The position numbers and the translations under genes are program-made. Of a stretch of 64,000 nt of DNA, positions 1 through 8,891 are shown piece by piece. Numbering within the stretch: the stretch's first letter is position 1; each line of letters opens with the position of its first letter. The DNA is from Vicinamibacteria bacterium (GTDB lineage: Bacteria; Acidobacteriota; Vicinamibacteria; Marinacidobacterales; Marinacidobacteraceae). Location: assembly GCA_963422395.1 (NCBI GenBank), contig OY729431.1, positions 1,344,001 to 1,408,000 of the forward strand, written 5' to 3'. The notes under the pieces are model-generated. The model was not told where the DNA came from, searched no databases, and saw nothing but the letters and a program-made list of their open reading frames with translations.

Positions 1-9
1 TTCCGGGGG

Positions 10-876
10 GTGCGGCTCGGTCGGGGTTCGCCGACTGCAGCGGCGCGGCGGCTCCGAAGACACCGGCGGCTCCTGCTCGAGATATTCCTCGCCGGGAACC
101 TTCTCTTGCTGGCGGTGGACATCTTCTTCGCGCATTCGGTGAACGGCTTTCGGGAGCCTTCGGAGTGGGTGCCGCTCGGCTTCTCGCTCCTCGGCGGCGG
201 CTTCGTCGCCGGATTGCTCCTCTCCGGGCTTCGCCCTGATGTTCCGGCGTCCCGCATCGCCGGCGGGACCGTCGGCCTGCTCTCGATCGGGTTGGGAATC
301 TGGGGGGCGCTCGCCCATCTCGAAGGGCAGTTCTTCCGTACCCGCACTCTCGAGAGTCTGGTGTACGCCGCTCCGTTCGCAGCCCCGCTCGCCTACTCCG
401 GAATCGGATTCCTGCTGCTGGTCAACCGGGTTTTCGGCAGCGGCTTCGCCTGGGGCCGGTGGGTGATCGGATTCGCCGCCGGCGGATTCGCCGGCTGCTT
501 CCTGCTCGCGCTCCTCGATCACGAGCAGAACGGCTTCTTCTTCTGGACCGAGTGGATCCCGGTCGCGGCAGCGGCGCTCGGCCTTTCGACTCTGGGCGTC
601 GTCGCCTACCGCGACCATCCCGACCCGGCGCTCGTTCGGCTCGCCCTGGCGGTGCTCGGGGTCGAGGCCCTGGTGGGAATCCTCGGATTCGCGATGCATC
701 TCGAAGCGGGCATCCGCACTATCGGCGATCGGACTCTCGAAGCCTTCATCCACGGTGCCCCGCCGTTCGCCCCGCTGCTGTTCATGGACCTCGCGCTGCT
801 CGCCGGGATCGGTTTGCTGGCTCTTCCGGAGGAGGCGCCCGCGGGCGCTGACCGTCTCTGGACCGCCGTTTCGTAA
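10..876 (+). CDS. Integral membrane protein with internal two-fold repeat (HxxNGF-EWxP motif); true start may lie upstream
   Basis: About 8 hydrophobic segments; repeats HSVNGFREPSEWVP / HEQNGFFFWTEWIP and APFAAPLAY / APPFAPLLF. Confidence 0.7.
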   Translation: MRLGRGSPTAAARRLRRHRRLLLEIFLAGNLLLLAVDIFFAHSVNGFREPSEWVPLGFSLLGGGFVAGLLLSGLRPDVPASRIAGGTVGLLSIGLGIWGALAHLEGQFFRTRTLESLVYAAPFAAPLAYSGIGFLLLVNRVFGSGFAWGRWVIGFAAGGFAGCFLLALLDHEQNGFFFWTEWIPVAAAALGLSTLGVVAYRDHPDPALVRLALAVLGVEALVGILGFAMHLEAGIRTIGDRTLEAFIHGAPPFAPLLFMDLALLAGIGLLALPEEAPAGADRLWTAVS

Positions 877-929
877 ACTCGCCGGAGCCGCCGAAGGTTG
901 CGGCGGCCTGTCCGATGGAGGTTTCCAGG

Positions 930-2966
930 ATGCATGAGCGAACGATCAGGATTTGGGGTGGAGCGGCGCTCCTCGCGCTCGTTACGGCGGCGGCGGCGTC
1001 CGCTGCGGACGGAAAGCGCCCGCTGCAGCTCGCCGACTATCTCTCGTGGGAGGCGGTGCGGAGTCCGCAGATCGCTCCCGACGGCGGGAGCGTGGTGTAC
1101 GAGCGGCGCTTCGTGGACTCCATGAAGGACCGCTGGAAGACCGAACTCTGGGTCATCGGCAGCGACGGATCGAGGAACCGTTTCCTCACCGAGGGCGGCG
1201 GCCCGCGCTGGTCTCCCGACGGGACCCGGATCGCCTTCCTGCGCGACGGCCAGATCTTCGTGCGCTGGATGGATGCCGAGGGCGCGGAAAGCCAGCTGAC
1301 CCGGCTTCTGAATCCTCCTTCGCAGATCCAGTGGGCGCCCGACAGCGGTTCGATCGCCTTCCGGGCGGTGGTACCTCCCGGACCCGAGGACACCTGGGCC
1401 ATCGAGATGCCGAAACCGCCCGAGGGCGCCGCCTGGACGAAACCGCCGCGGATCGTCACCCGGCTGAACTACCGGCGTGACGGGTCGGGGTATGCCCCCG
1501 CCGGATTCCGGCACCTCTTCCTGGTGAGTGCCGACGGCGGCACGCCGCGTCAGCTGACGAGCGGCGGCTTCCACCACGACGGACCGCGTTTCGCCGGTGA
1601 CGGGGCGGCGATCGTGTTCACCTCGCTCCGGACTCCGGACGCGGAACACGCCTGGCGCGAGTCCGAGATCTACCGGGTCGAGGTGGCGACCGGGGAGATC
1701 ACTGCGCTGACCGATCGACGCGGCCCCGATTCCGGACCGGTCCCTTCCCCCGACGGGAGCATGATCGCCTACACCGGGATGGACTACACCAGGGACACCT
1801 ATCGGGAGGAATCTCTCACGGTGATGCGCGCCGACGGCGGCGATCCGCGCGTGGTGGCCAACGAGATGGGCCGGCGGCCGGGAATCGTGGGTTGGGCCAG
1901 CGACGGGAGCGGGGTCTATTTCAACGCTCAGGTGCGGGGCACCAGCAATCTCTATTTCGCGCCGCTCGACGGTGAAGTCCGGCCCGTTACTTCCGGGAAT
2001 CACATCCTTTCGGTGGCGACGGTGAGCGGCGATGGAACCGCGGTGGGAGTGGTGAGCGCCTACCACACTCCGGGAAATCTGGTCGCCTTCGAGGTGGATT
2101 CCCCGGAGCGGCTCACAACGCTGCATGTGACGAACGCATCGGTGCTCGCCGGAGTGCGTTTCGGTGAGGTCGAGGAGATCTGGTACGAATCCTCGGACGG
2201 CCTCGACATCCAGGGCTGGATCGTGAAACCGCCGGACTTCGACCCCTCCTCGAAGTATCCGCTGATCCTCCGCATCCACGGCGGCCCCCATGCGATGTAC
2301 AACAGCGGTTTCGACTTCAAGAACCAGGACCACGCGGCCAACGGGTATGTCCTTCTCTACACGAATCCGCGCGGCAGCAGCGGCTACGGGAGCGCCTTCG
2401 GCAACGAGATCGCGAACGCTTATCCCGGCAAGGACCTCGACGACCTGATGGCAGGTGTGGACGAGGTCTTGTCGCGCGGCTACATAGACGAGCGAAACCT
2501 GTTCGTGTACGGCGGCAGCGGCGGTGGAGTGCTGACCTCCTGGATCGTCGGAAACACCGACCGGTTCACTGCGGCAGTGGCGAAAGCGCCGGTGACGAAC
2601 TGGTTGAGCTTCGTGGGAACCACCGACGGCGCGAGCTGGTACCGGAACTTCGAGAAGCTGCCCTGGGAGGATCCCGAGGAGCACCTCCGCCGATCGACGC
2701 TGATGTATGTGGGGAATGTCACCACGCCGACGATGCTGATGACCGGCGAGCGCGATCTGCGCACTCCGATGGAGCAGACCGAGCAGTACTACCGGGCGCT
2801 CAAGATGCGGAAGATTCCGACGGCGATGGTCCGGCTCACCGACGGTTGGCACAGCCGCAGCCTGCCCCCGACGAACTTCTTGCGGGTGCAGCTGCTGCTG
2901 CGAAAGTGGTTCGACCGCTTCCGGGTCACCGAAGAGACGACCACCGACGAGTCGGGCGGCCGGTGA
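930..2966 (+). CDS. S9 family peptidase (dipeptidyl aminopeptidase/acylaminoacyl peptidase) with beta-propeller
   Basis: GGAGG at 917-921 before ATG 930; signal peptide; PD40-like repeats (WSPDG); HGGP, GGSGGG nucleophile, D and H of the triad (ERDLR, GWH). Confidence 0.93.
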   Translation: MHERTIRIWGGAALLALVTAAAASAADGKRPLQLADYLSWEAVRSPQIAPDGGSVVYERRFVDSMKDRWKTELWVIGSDGSRNRFLTEGGGPRWSPDGTRIAFLRDGQIFVRWMDAEGAESQLTRLLNPPSQIQWAPDSGSIAFRAVVPPGPEDTWAIEMPKPPEGAAWTKPPRIVTRLNYRRDGSGYAPAGFRHLFLVSADGGTPRQLTSGGFHHDGPRFAGDGAAIVFTSLRTPDAEHAWRESEIYRVEVATGEITALTDRRGPDSGPVPSPDGSMIAYTGMDYTRDTYREESLTVMRADGGDPRVVANEMGRRPGIVGWASDGSGVYFNAQVRGTSNLYFAPLDGEVRPVTSGNHILSVATVSGDGTAVGVVSAYHTPGNLVAFEVDSPERLTTLHVTNASVLAGVRFGEVEEIWYESSDGLDIQGWIVKPPDFDPSSKYPLILRIHGGPHAMYNSGFDFKNQDHAANGYVLLYTNPRGSSGYGSAFGNEIANAYPGKDLDDLMAGVDEVLSRGYIDERNLFVYGGSGGGVLTSWIVGNTDRFTAAVAKAPVTNWLSFVGTTDGASWYRNFEKLPWEDPEEHLRRSTLMYVGNVTTPTMLMTGERDLRTPMEQTEQYYRALKMRKIPTAMVRLTDGWHSRSLPPTNFLRVQLLLRKWFDRFRVTEETTTDESGGR

Positions 2967-3123
2967 TTCGGCGCGGGCTGTCCCCTCGAAACGACTTCGC
3001 CGACGGGCTTCGTCCCCCGGGGGCTCGGCCGAATCAGGGAAAAATGGTATAGCGGCCTCTACCCTCCGGCAGGGGCCTTCTTCGGAGCGGCGCTTGCGCA
3101 GTCCGCGGCATTTCGGCGGTGTA

Positions 3124-6100
3124 TCAACGGATATGCCGGTTTCGGTTTTTCTTCCAGGCCCGAAGCCGCGGCAGCTCGTGGCGATCCACCAGGAGTACAT
3201 CTCGTCGACGAGCCAAACGCCTGGCACTCGCAGTGAAGCCAGCAGCGTTCGTCACGACCATCGGTATCGGTTCTCCTCGAATCTCGTAATGGGGAATCGC
3301 GCGCAGAACTTCCTCGACCGCGGCGCGGCCGCAGCTGGCGTCGGGTTGTGTGTGCTTGCACTGAAGGATGATCGTGTGCTGGTCGTCGCCGATGCGCGAT
3401 ATCGCGATACCGTCTGCGCCTCGATCTCGGCTCCGAGGAGTCCGCCGGGTGTCGTAGCCGGCCTCGGCGAGCTGCTGCAGTGCCCAGATTTCGAAAGCTT
3501 CCGGTTCCTGCAGATCGATGTCGGCTCGGGCTTCCCGCGTTTCCGAATCTTCGCCGCCGAGCGCCATCGTCATGGTGCTGTGGTAGAGATCGTTCATGTC
3601 TCCTTCGGTCGCAGTGGTGGGCGCGAGTACGCGGCGGTTCCTCTCTCGCTTCCGCTCCATCAGGCTGTCGAGCTTCAGATCGAAGCTGTAATCGCCGAAG
3701 CGCGGATGCCGGGCCAGCGGCAGATAGACATGCACGAGTCGGCGCTGTCCGATCCGGAACACTCGGTCGGTGCATTGATCCTCCACGGCCGGATTCCACC
3801 ACCGGGTAAGATGGATCACATGGTTCGCGGCCGTCAGGGTCAAGCCGACACCGCCGGCGCGGGGTGAGAGGACCATCACATCGAATCCCTGGCGATTCTG
3901 GAAGGCATCGACGCGCGCCTTGCGCGTCCGCCCGGAGACGGCGCCGTTGACGACCAGAACATCGTTGGGAAGTCGAAAGCGCTGCCGGAGTGCCACGATC
4001 AAGAAGTCTTGCATCTCGCGCAATTCGACGAAGAGCAGCACCTTCTCGTGAAGATTCGCGATCTTGTCCAGGATCGAAAAGGTTTCGGAGAGCCTCGCCG
4101 ATTCCTGGATGTATCGGTCCGGATCGGAGTCGGCCGGCGCGGCGGGATGCAGCGAAATGCTTCTCAGATCTTGGAGGGATTGGAGCATTCTCCCGCCTTG
4201 CCGGCTTTGCAGCACGATCTGCTCGTATCGCTCGGCTTGGAGCGGGGGCATCTCAACGACGTGTCGGTGTATGTGCTTGTCCGGCAAGCCGGAGAGATGG
4301 TCTTCCTTGAGGCGCCGCAGCATCAGTACCGGGGGAGACTCCACCGTCAATTCGCGATGCAGTTCCGCAAGCGCCGACTGGCCGTCCTCGTCGTCTGCTT
4401 CATAGCGCCGGCTGAAGTCTTTCAGGGTCGCGAATTTGCCGGGCTCGATCCGGTCGAGCATCGACCATATGTCGGCCGGTCGGTTCTCTACCGGGGTGCC
4501 GGTCATCAATAGGGCGAAATCCACATTCATCGCGAGTGCCGCGTCGGTGATGCGGGCGCTCGGATTCTTGATCTTCTGTGCTTCGTCGAAGACCGCAGCA
4601 CGCCAGTGGACGCGGCCGAAGCTGTGTTGGTAGTCGCGCAGCGTCTCATAGGTGGTCAGCACCCAATCCGCTTCCGACAGCGCCTCGACTTTCAGTTTCG
4701 GTAGCGGCGGATCGGCTCTGAGTTCGTTGCCCGCCTCATTCGCTCCGGTTCTGAGTTGCCGGAGGCCTGCACCATGCGCCTCGACGGCTCGGCCGAGTCC
4801 GGCTTCGGACAAGTGCTGGTCGTGCTCGTCCCGCCAGTTGCGAAGCAATCCGGTCGGGGCGACTACGAGTAGCGGCCGGGGCGCGAGGCCCACGGTGAGG
4901 GCGTATGACTTCAGGCAGGAGAGGAACGCCAGCGCCTCCAAAGTCTTGCCCAGGCCCATGTCGTCGGCCAGCAGGACGCCCCAGCTTCCAGCGTCCCAGT
5001 GGGATCGCAGCCACGCGAGGCAGTCCTGCTGGTGCGGGAAGAGGGTGGTGCGGAGATTCGGGGCTGCGGCCGTTATGCCGGGCGTGCGCTTCCTGCGCTC
5101 GCGATGGAACTGAAGGGCTTCCAGGTTGTCGGCGACGAGCAGCACTCGATCGCTACCGTCCGGTCCGGCTCCTTTGCCGGGGCGAGGTCGTTCCCTGTCG
5201 GGCTTCGGTCGCGCCACCGGGGCCCTTCGGCGAACCAGTTCCTCGATGGCTTCGATGGCGGCCGGATCCGCGGGGATTTCGCTGTCGTCACCGACTCGGA
5301 CGGTCGGATCGCATCGCTCGACCGCCGTGCGGACTCTTTCGAGCAGATCCGGGAGGTCGTCGGATTCCAGGTGCACGATCTGTGAACCGATACGGAGTCC
5401 CAGTTTCTCGGGAGGGAGCCAGGGCTCCGCCGCCTGTTGGATCCACGGAAGCGGCTTTTCGATCCAGATGCCGATACCGCGCACCCGTTCGCTCAATCCG
5501 AGGTCGCTGAAGATACTGTCGACATCGATCTGCTCATCGCCGGCGCCGTCGAGCGCTCCGCGGAGGTATCCGGGGACATCCCGAAGGAAGTCGCGCCGCT
5601 CGCCGGCGGTGCCTGTCTGGGCGCGCCGGACGGAGCCGAGGAGCCGTTCGACTTCCGGCGTCAGCACGACATAGGCCCCACCTCCGGCCGCGTACCGGTG
5701 CTTCACCTGCGACAACCCCCGGAAACGCCGTGCGAACTCTTGCTGACGGGCGGAAGGCAGGGAGCGGGTGAAAACCTGTTCCTCGTCCTCCGCATCGGTG
5801 ATGCGCGTCTCCCGGCGGCCGACTATCGGATCGAAGTTCGGCTCGCCATCATCGTCCAGGAACGGGGCGAGTTCGAAACTCGACGCCACGACGATGTGCA
5901 ACGCCCGCAGCTTTCCATCGACGACAGCGTCCTCGGGAAGGATCTCCGCGATCCGTCCCCATTGGAGCATTCGGGTTTCGAGATCCGCGTTCTCCGCTCG
6001 TTGGAATCGGTCGATGGCATCGGTGATGGTGTACAGGGGGTCCAGCAGCAAGAAGTCGTCATCACCGACCCGCAGCCAGGCGCCCTGGCGGCGTGTGCCC

Positions 6101-6444
6101 AATACGCGCCGACCCTTGTTGCGGAATCCATAGTGGATATCGAAATTCGGGTCGTGGATCGCGCCGCTTGCGACGATCTCGAGTGCGTAGGGAACGGCGT
6201 CGGGAAGCTCGATGCGGCGCAGCTCGTCCTGCGTCAAACCGGCAACGCTCGGCCATGGGATCGACAGCGTGCGTCCCTCTTCGTGTTCGACGGCACTCCC
6301 GTCGTCACGGAGTCGAATCAGCGTGCCGGCACCCGAAGAATCGCTGGCGTGCGCAGTCCACTCGCTCACCGGTAGCGGCGGGTCGCTGCCCATTCGGACG
6401 GTCAAACCGCCCGGGGTCGGCTCGAACGCGAAGGATTTGGCCAT
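3124..6444 (-). other. zorD: ZorD moiety (probable ancestral zorD gene, internal ATG at 6444, 1106 aa)
   Basis: In-frame ATG (MAKSFAFEP) 5 nt after an out-of-frame TAG at 6450-6452; SNF2 + helicase C + Mrr-like domains. Confidence 0.75.
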
Positions 6445-8040
6445 CGGATCTACCAGTTGTGCGAGGGTTTTCGCCCGATCGGCCTGCGGCTTCTTGCCGA
6501 GGCTTTTCTCCGTCTCCGCCGCCTGAATTCGGGATATATGGTCAGATCGGGGTTTCCGTTGACTTCTCTCAGCTGGTCGGGGAAATACTCGGCACGATCG
6601 ACCTCGATGTCCATCTCGATTGTCCCGTAACCAATCCATGATCTGGTCCTGCCACCGGCCGGTGAGATTGCCGTCATGCCGTTGCGAAAAATCCTCGCCG
6701 GAGACCAGATCGAATCGAGAATACTCCTGTTCGTACAACTTGGGCGCAGCAGAATTTCCGTCGAGCCAGAATCGGCAGGTACCGTTGTGGCTCCATTCCG
6801 CGACGGTCATCACTCCGGGAAGCTGCAGCAAGAGCACCGATTGATTCCCCTGAGCACCCTTTAGCATGGCGGTCGTTTCGAACTCGTCGGAGACCGCATT
6901 CTTCCGCTGTAGGATGGATTTAGCGTGCCGGCCGAGCGCGAAGCAGATGTCCGGGTCCAAGGGCAGGAATGCCCGCCAGAAGGCTTCCCGATAGCGCCAA
7001 TGTCGGTCGAGCGCGGTCTCCTGGACGAGCAGGAAGAACTGTTCGAGCGCGCGTTCGTTGAGCCACCGGATCACCACCCGCCGAACTGGATCCGGAACCC
7101 TTGGCCACCTGCTCTTCCCGGATGGCAGGCGCGGGTCACCGAAGTGCCGCAGGAAGAAGGGTTGCAGTCGTTCCCTGATCTCAGGGTTCGGAGCCCTTTC
7201 GACGAAAGGACCGAGGAGCGCTTGCGCGATCTCCGATCGCACGGTCCGGTCGTCGAAACGCAACTGGCCGTCGCAGGTGAGGAGGATGAGCAGCCGATCG
7301 AGTGGACCGGACCCGAGGCAGTTGCCGCGGAGGAGCGACTCGGCGTCCGGAAGGTAGGCGCAGATGCCCGATTCCAGGAATCCGCAACGCGCGAATTCGG
7401 CGTCGAGTCCGGTCTGGCGAAGGGCTTTCTCCGGAGAGTCTGCCGCCGACACCAACTTCCGCACGAACTTCCGGGACCCGTCGGTATCCAGAATGCCCAA
7501 CTCCTGGAAGCGTTTGCGCCAGCGCTGCAGAGAGGGGGGAGGAGGCGATGAGCCGCCTTTCACGGCTTTTCGCAGCAGGCGGCACAGCCCGTCGAAGGTC
7601 GGCAGACCGACGGGATAGACGCGGAGGAATTCGTGGAACAGGGGCAACACCGATCGAGTGCGGCGACCGGCAGCCAGCCAGCGGCGGCGGTATTCCGTCA
7701 CGACGGCGGGCTCCGCACCCAGCCAGCCTGCGGCTCCTGCCGCGGTGTTGCTGCCGCCGATGCGGTTTCCTTCTCGCTCCGGGTAGAACAGGACCCACGG
7801 CAATCGCCGCAAGTCGCGGGGCGCGAGCTGGGAGAGCGAGCGGTCGCGATGCCAGGACTCCGCCACTCGGCGATGCAACGCTTGCAGGTCGTAGGCCGCG
7901 GGGGTTTTCGGCTGGACGGCCTCCAACAGCTTTTCGATCCTGGCAGCCGCTTTCTTCGTCTTTCGCGGCTCGTAATCGCGCTCGATCTTCTGGAAGCCGA
8001 TCCAGCGTGCCAGGGATTGCTTCAGGGACGGCACATTCAT
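3124..8040 (-). CDS. zorCD: Fused Zorya ZorC (EH-signature) + ZorD (SNF2 helicase, Mrr-like nuclease), 1638 aa
   Basis: N-half has FGDPR, RWRYREAFW, AEWSHNG; C-half has LADDMGLGKT, DEAQ, TGTPVEN, WWNPAVEDQCTDRVFRIGQ and DRGADGI..LQCKH; lies directly after zorAB. Confidence 0.88.
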   Translation of the reverse strand: MNVPSLKQSLARWIGFQKIERDYEPRKTKKAAARIEKLLEAVQPKTPAAYDLQALHRRVAESWHRDRSLSQLAPRDLRRLPWVLFYPEREGNRIGGSNTAAGAAGWLGAEPAVVTEYRRRWLAAGRRTRSVLPLFHEFLRVYPVGLPTFDGLCRLLRKAVKGGSSPPPPSLQRWRKRFQELGILDTDGSRKFVRKLVSAADSPEKALRQTGLDAEFARCGFLESGICAYLPDAESLLRGNCLGSGPLDRLLILLTCDGQLRFDDRTVRSEIAQALLGPFVERAPNPEIRERLQPFFLRHFGDPRLPSGKSRWPRVPDPVRRVVIRWLNERALEQFFLLVQETALDRHWRYREAFWRAFLPLDPDICFALGRHAKSILQRKNAVSDEFETTAMLKGAQGNQSVLLLQLPGVMTVAEWSHNGTCRFWLDGNSAAPKLYEQEYSRFDLVSGEDFSQRHDGNLTGRWQDQIMDWLRDNRDGHRGRSCRVFPRPAERSQRKPRSDHISRIQAAETEKSLGKKPQADRAKTLAQLVDPMAKSFAFEPTPGGLTVRMGSDPPLPVSEWTAHASDSSGAGTLIRLRDDGSAVEHEEGRTLSIPWPSVAGLTQDELRRIELPDAVPYALEIVASGAIHDPNFDIHYGFRNKGRRVLGTRRQGAWLRVGDDDFLLLDPLYTITDAIDRFQRAENADLETRMLQWGRIAEILPEDAVVDGKLRALHIVVASSFELAPFLDDDGEPNFDPIVGRRETRITDAEDEEQVFTRSLPSARQQEFARRFRGLSQVKHRYAAGGGAYVVLTPEVERLLGSVRRAQTGTAGERRDFLRDVPGYLRGALDGAGDEQIDVDSIFSDLGLSERVRGIGIWIEKPLPWIQQAAEPWLPPEKLGLRIGSQIVHLESDDLPDLLERVRTAVERCDPTVRVGDDSEIPADPAAIEAIEELVRRRAPVARPKPDRERPRPGKGAGPDGSDRVLLVADNLEALQFHRERRKRTPGITAAAPNLRTTLFPHQQDCLAWLRSHWDAGSWGVLLADDMGLGKTLEALAFLSCLKSYALTVGLAPRPLLVVAPTGLLRNWRDEHDQHLSEAGLGRAVEAHGAGLRQLRTGANEAGNELRADPPLPKLKVEALSEADWVLTTYETLRDYQHSFGRVHWRAAVFDEAQKIKNPSARITDAALAMNVDFALLMTGTPVENRPADIWSMLDRIEPGKFATLKDFSRRYEADDEDGQSALAELHRELTVESPPVLMLRRLKEDHLSGLPDKHIHRHVVEMPPLQAERYEQIVLQSRQGGRMLQSLQDLRSISLHPAAPADSDPDRYIQESARLSETFSILDKIANLHEKVLLFVELREMQDFLIVALRQRFRLPNDVLVVNGAVSGRTRKARVDAFQNRQGFDVMVLSPRAGGVGLTLTAANHVIHLTRWWNPAVEDQCTDRVFRIGQRRLVHVYLPLARHPRFGDYSFDLKLDSLMERKRERNRRVLAPTTATEGDMNDLYHSTMTMALGGEDSETREARADIDLQEPEAFEIWALQQLAEAGYDTRRTPRSRDRGADGIAISRIGDDQHTIILQCKHTQPDASCGRAAVEEVLRAIPHYEIRGEPIPMVVTNAAGFTASARRLARRRDVLLVDRHELPRLRAWKKNRNRHIR
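6450..8040 (-). other. zorC: ZorC moiety (probable ancestral zorC with frameshift near 6618)
   Basis: EH-signature motifs; after WQDQIMDWLRDN the shifted frame reads DIEVDRAEYFP... and stops at 6450. Confidence 0.7.
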
Positions 8041-8891
8041 GGCGACCCTTCACCGACTCGTTCGCGAATCTCGATTTGGACTTCGGAGTCCTGCTGCAGT
8101 AACCCCTTCGGGGGTTCGAGGAGGAATCGGAGATCGATACGCCGATTGTCGTCGGCTCGTTCGGAATAGCGAGTCGCCGGCCGGGTATAGCCGTGGCCGC
8201 TGGTGCTCAAAATGGGATAGCCGTGCGTGTTCCGCAGCTGTTCGACCCCGGGCTCGCACGCGACGATCATCCGATGTACGGTAGCGGCCCGCATCGACGA
8301 CAATTCGAGATTGTCCAGGAAACGGTTTCCCGCGGCGACCGGTACCTCGTCGGTGTGCCCTTCGATCAGCAAGGTCTCGAGGAGCCAGGGGAACCGTCGT
8401 TCCCTGCAGGAGTACGCGGTCGGATCGGCGGGCGGCTGGCAGTACGGCAGCGCCCCATCAGCTGCTTCCACCGGAGGCTCCCCAGCGCCGCTCGGGCGCG
8501 AGGAGACATAGCAGGGCAAGACCTCGGCGATGGCGTTCGCCAGCCGCCCCACATGGACCAGGTGGCCGGCCACCGGCAGTTCGCTGCCGGAAGGGAAATT
8601 GATGGAGTTCTCCGACAGCCGCAACACGCCCTGCTCGGGAAAGACCTCGACGCGGATGCCGGCGTCTTCGAGCCGGCTGGCGATCGCCGCCAGGATATGG
8701 CCGCGCGTTTCGTCGGCAGCGGTCAGTTCTTCGGTGACGGTGTCCTGTTCCTCGGTGACTTTGGCGAGCTGATACGCGAAGACGGCCAGCATGATGATGA
8801 AAACGAAGATCAGTGCCGAGACGAGATCGCTGACGCTGGCGAGGTAGCTCTGGCCGGTGTCCGGCGCGGGTCTCGTATTGCCGGTCGTCAC
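8037..8891 (-). CDS. zorB: Zorya ZorB (MotB/OmpA-like peptidoglycan-binding protein)
   Basis: GTG overlaps the zorA stop; TM helix with conserved Asp (SVSDLVSALIFVFIIML); IEGHTD, NLELSSMRA, NRRIDLRF. Confidence 0.92.
   Translation of the reverse strand: MTTGNTRPAPDTGQSYLASVSDLVSALIFVFIIMLAVFAYQLAKVTEEQDTVTEELTAADETRGHILAAIASRLEDAGIRVEVFPEQGVLRLSENSINFPSGSELPVAGHLVHVGRLANAIAEVLPCYVSSRPSGAGEPPVEAADGALPYCQPPADPTAYSCRERRFPWLLETLLIEGHTDEVPVAAGNRFLDNLELSSMRAATVHRMIVACEPGVEQLRNTHGYPILSTSGHGYTRPATRYSERADDNRRIDLRFLLEPPKGLLQQDSEVQIEIRERVGEGSP

Noticed and set aside
606-3227. Long antisense ORFs (e.g. 606-3227, 10773-13085, 12950-15286, 26280-28832, 56824-59799)
   Set aside because: Shadow frames of clear genes in GC-rich DNA; no recognisable motifs.
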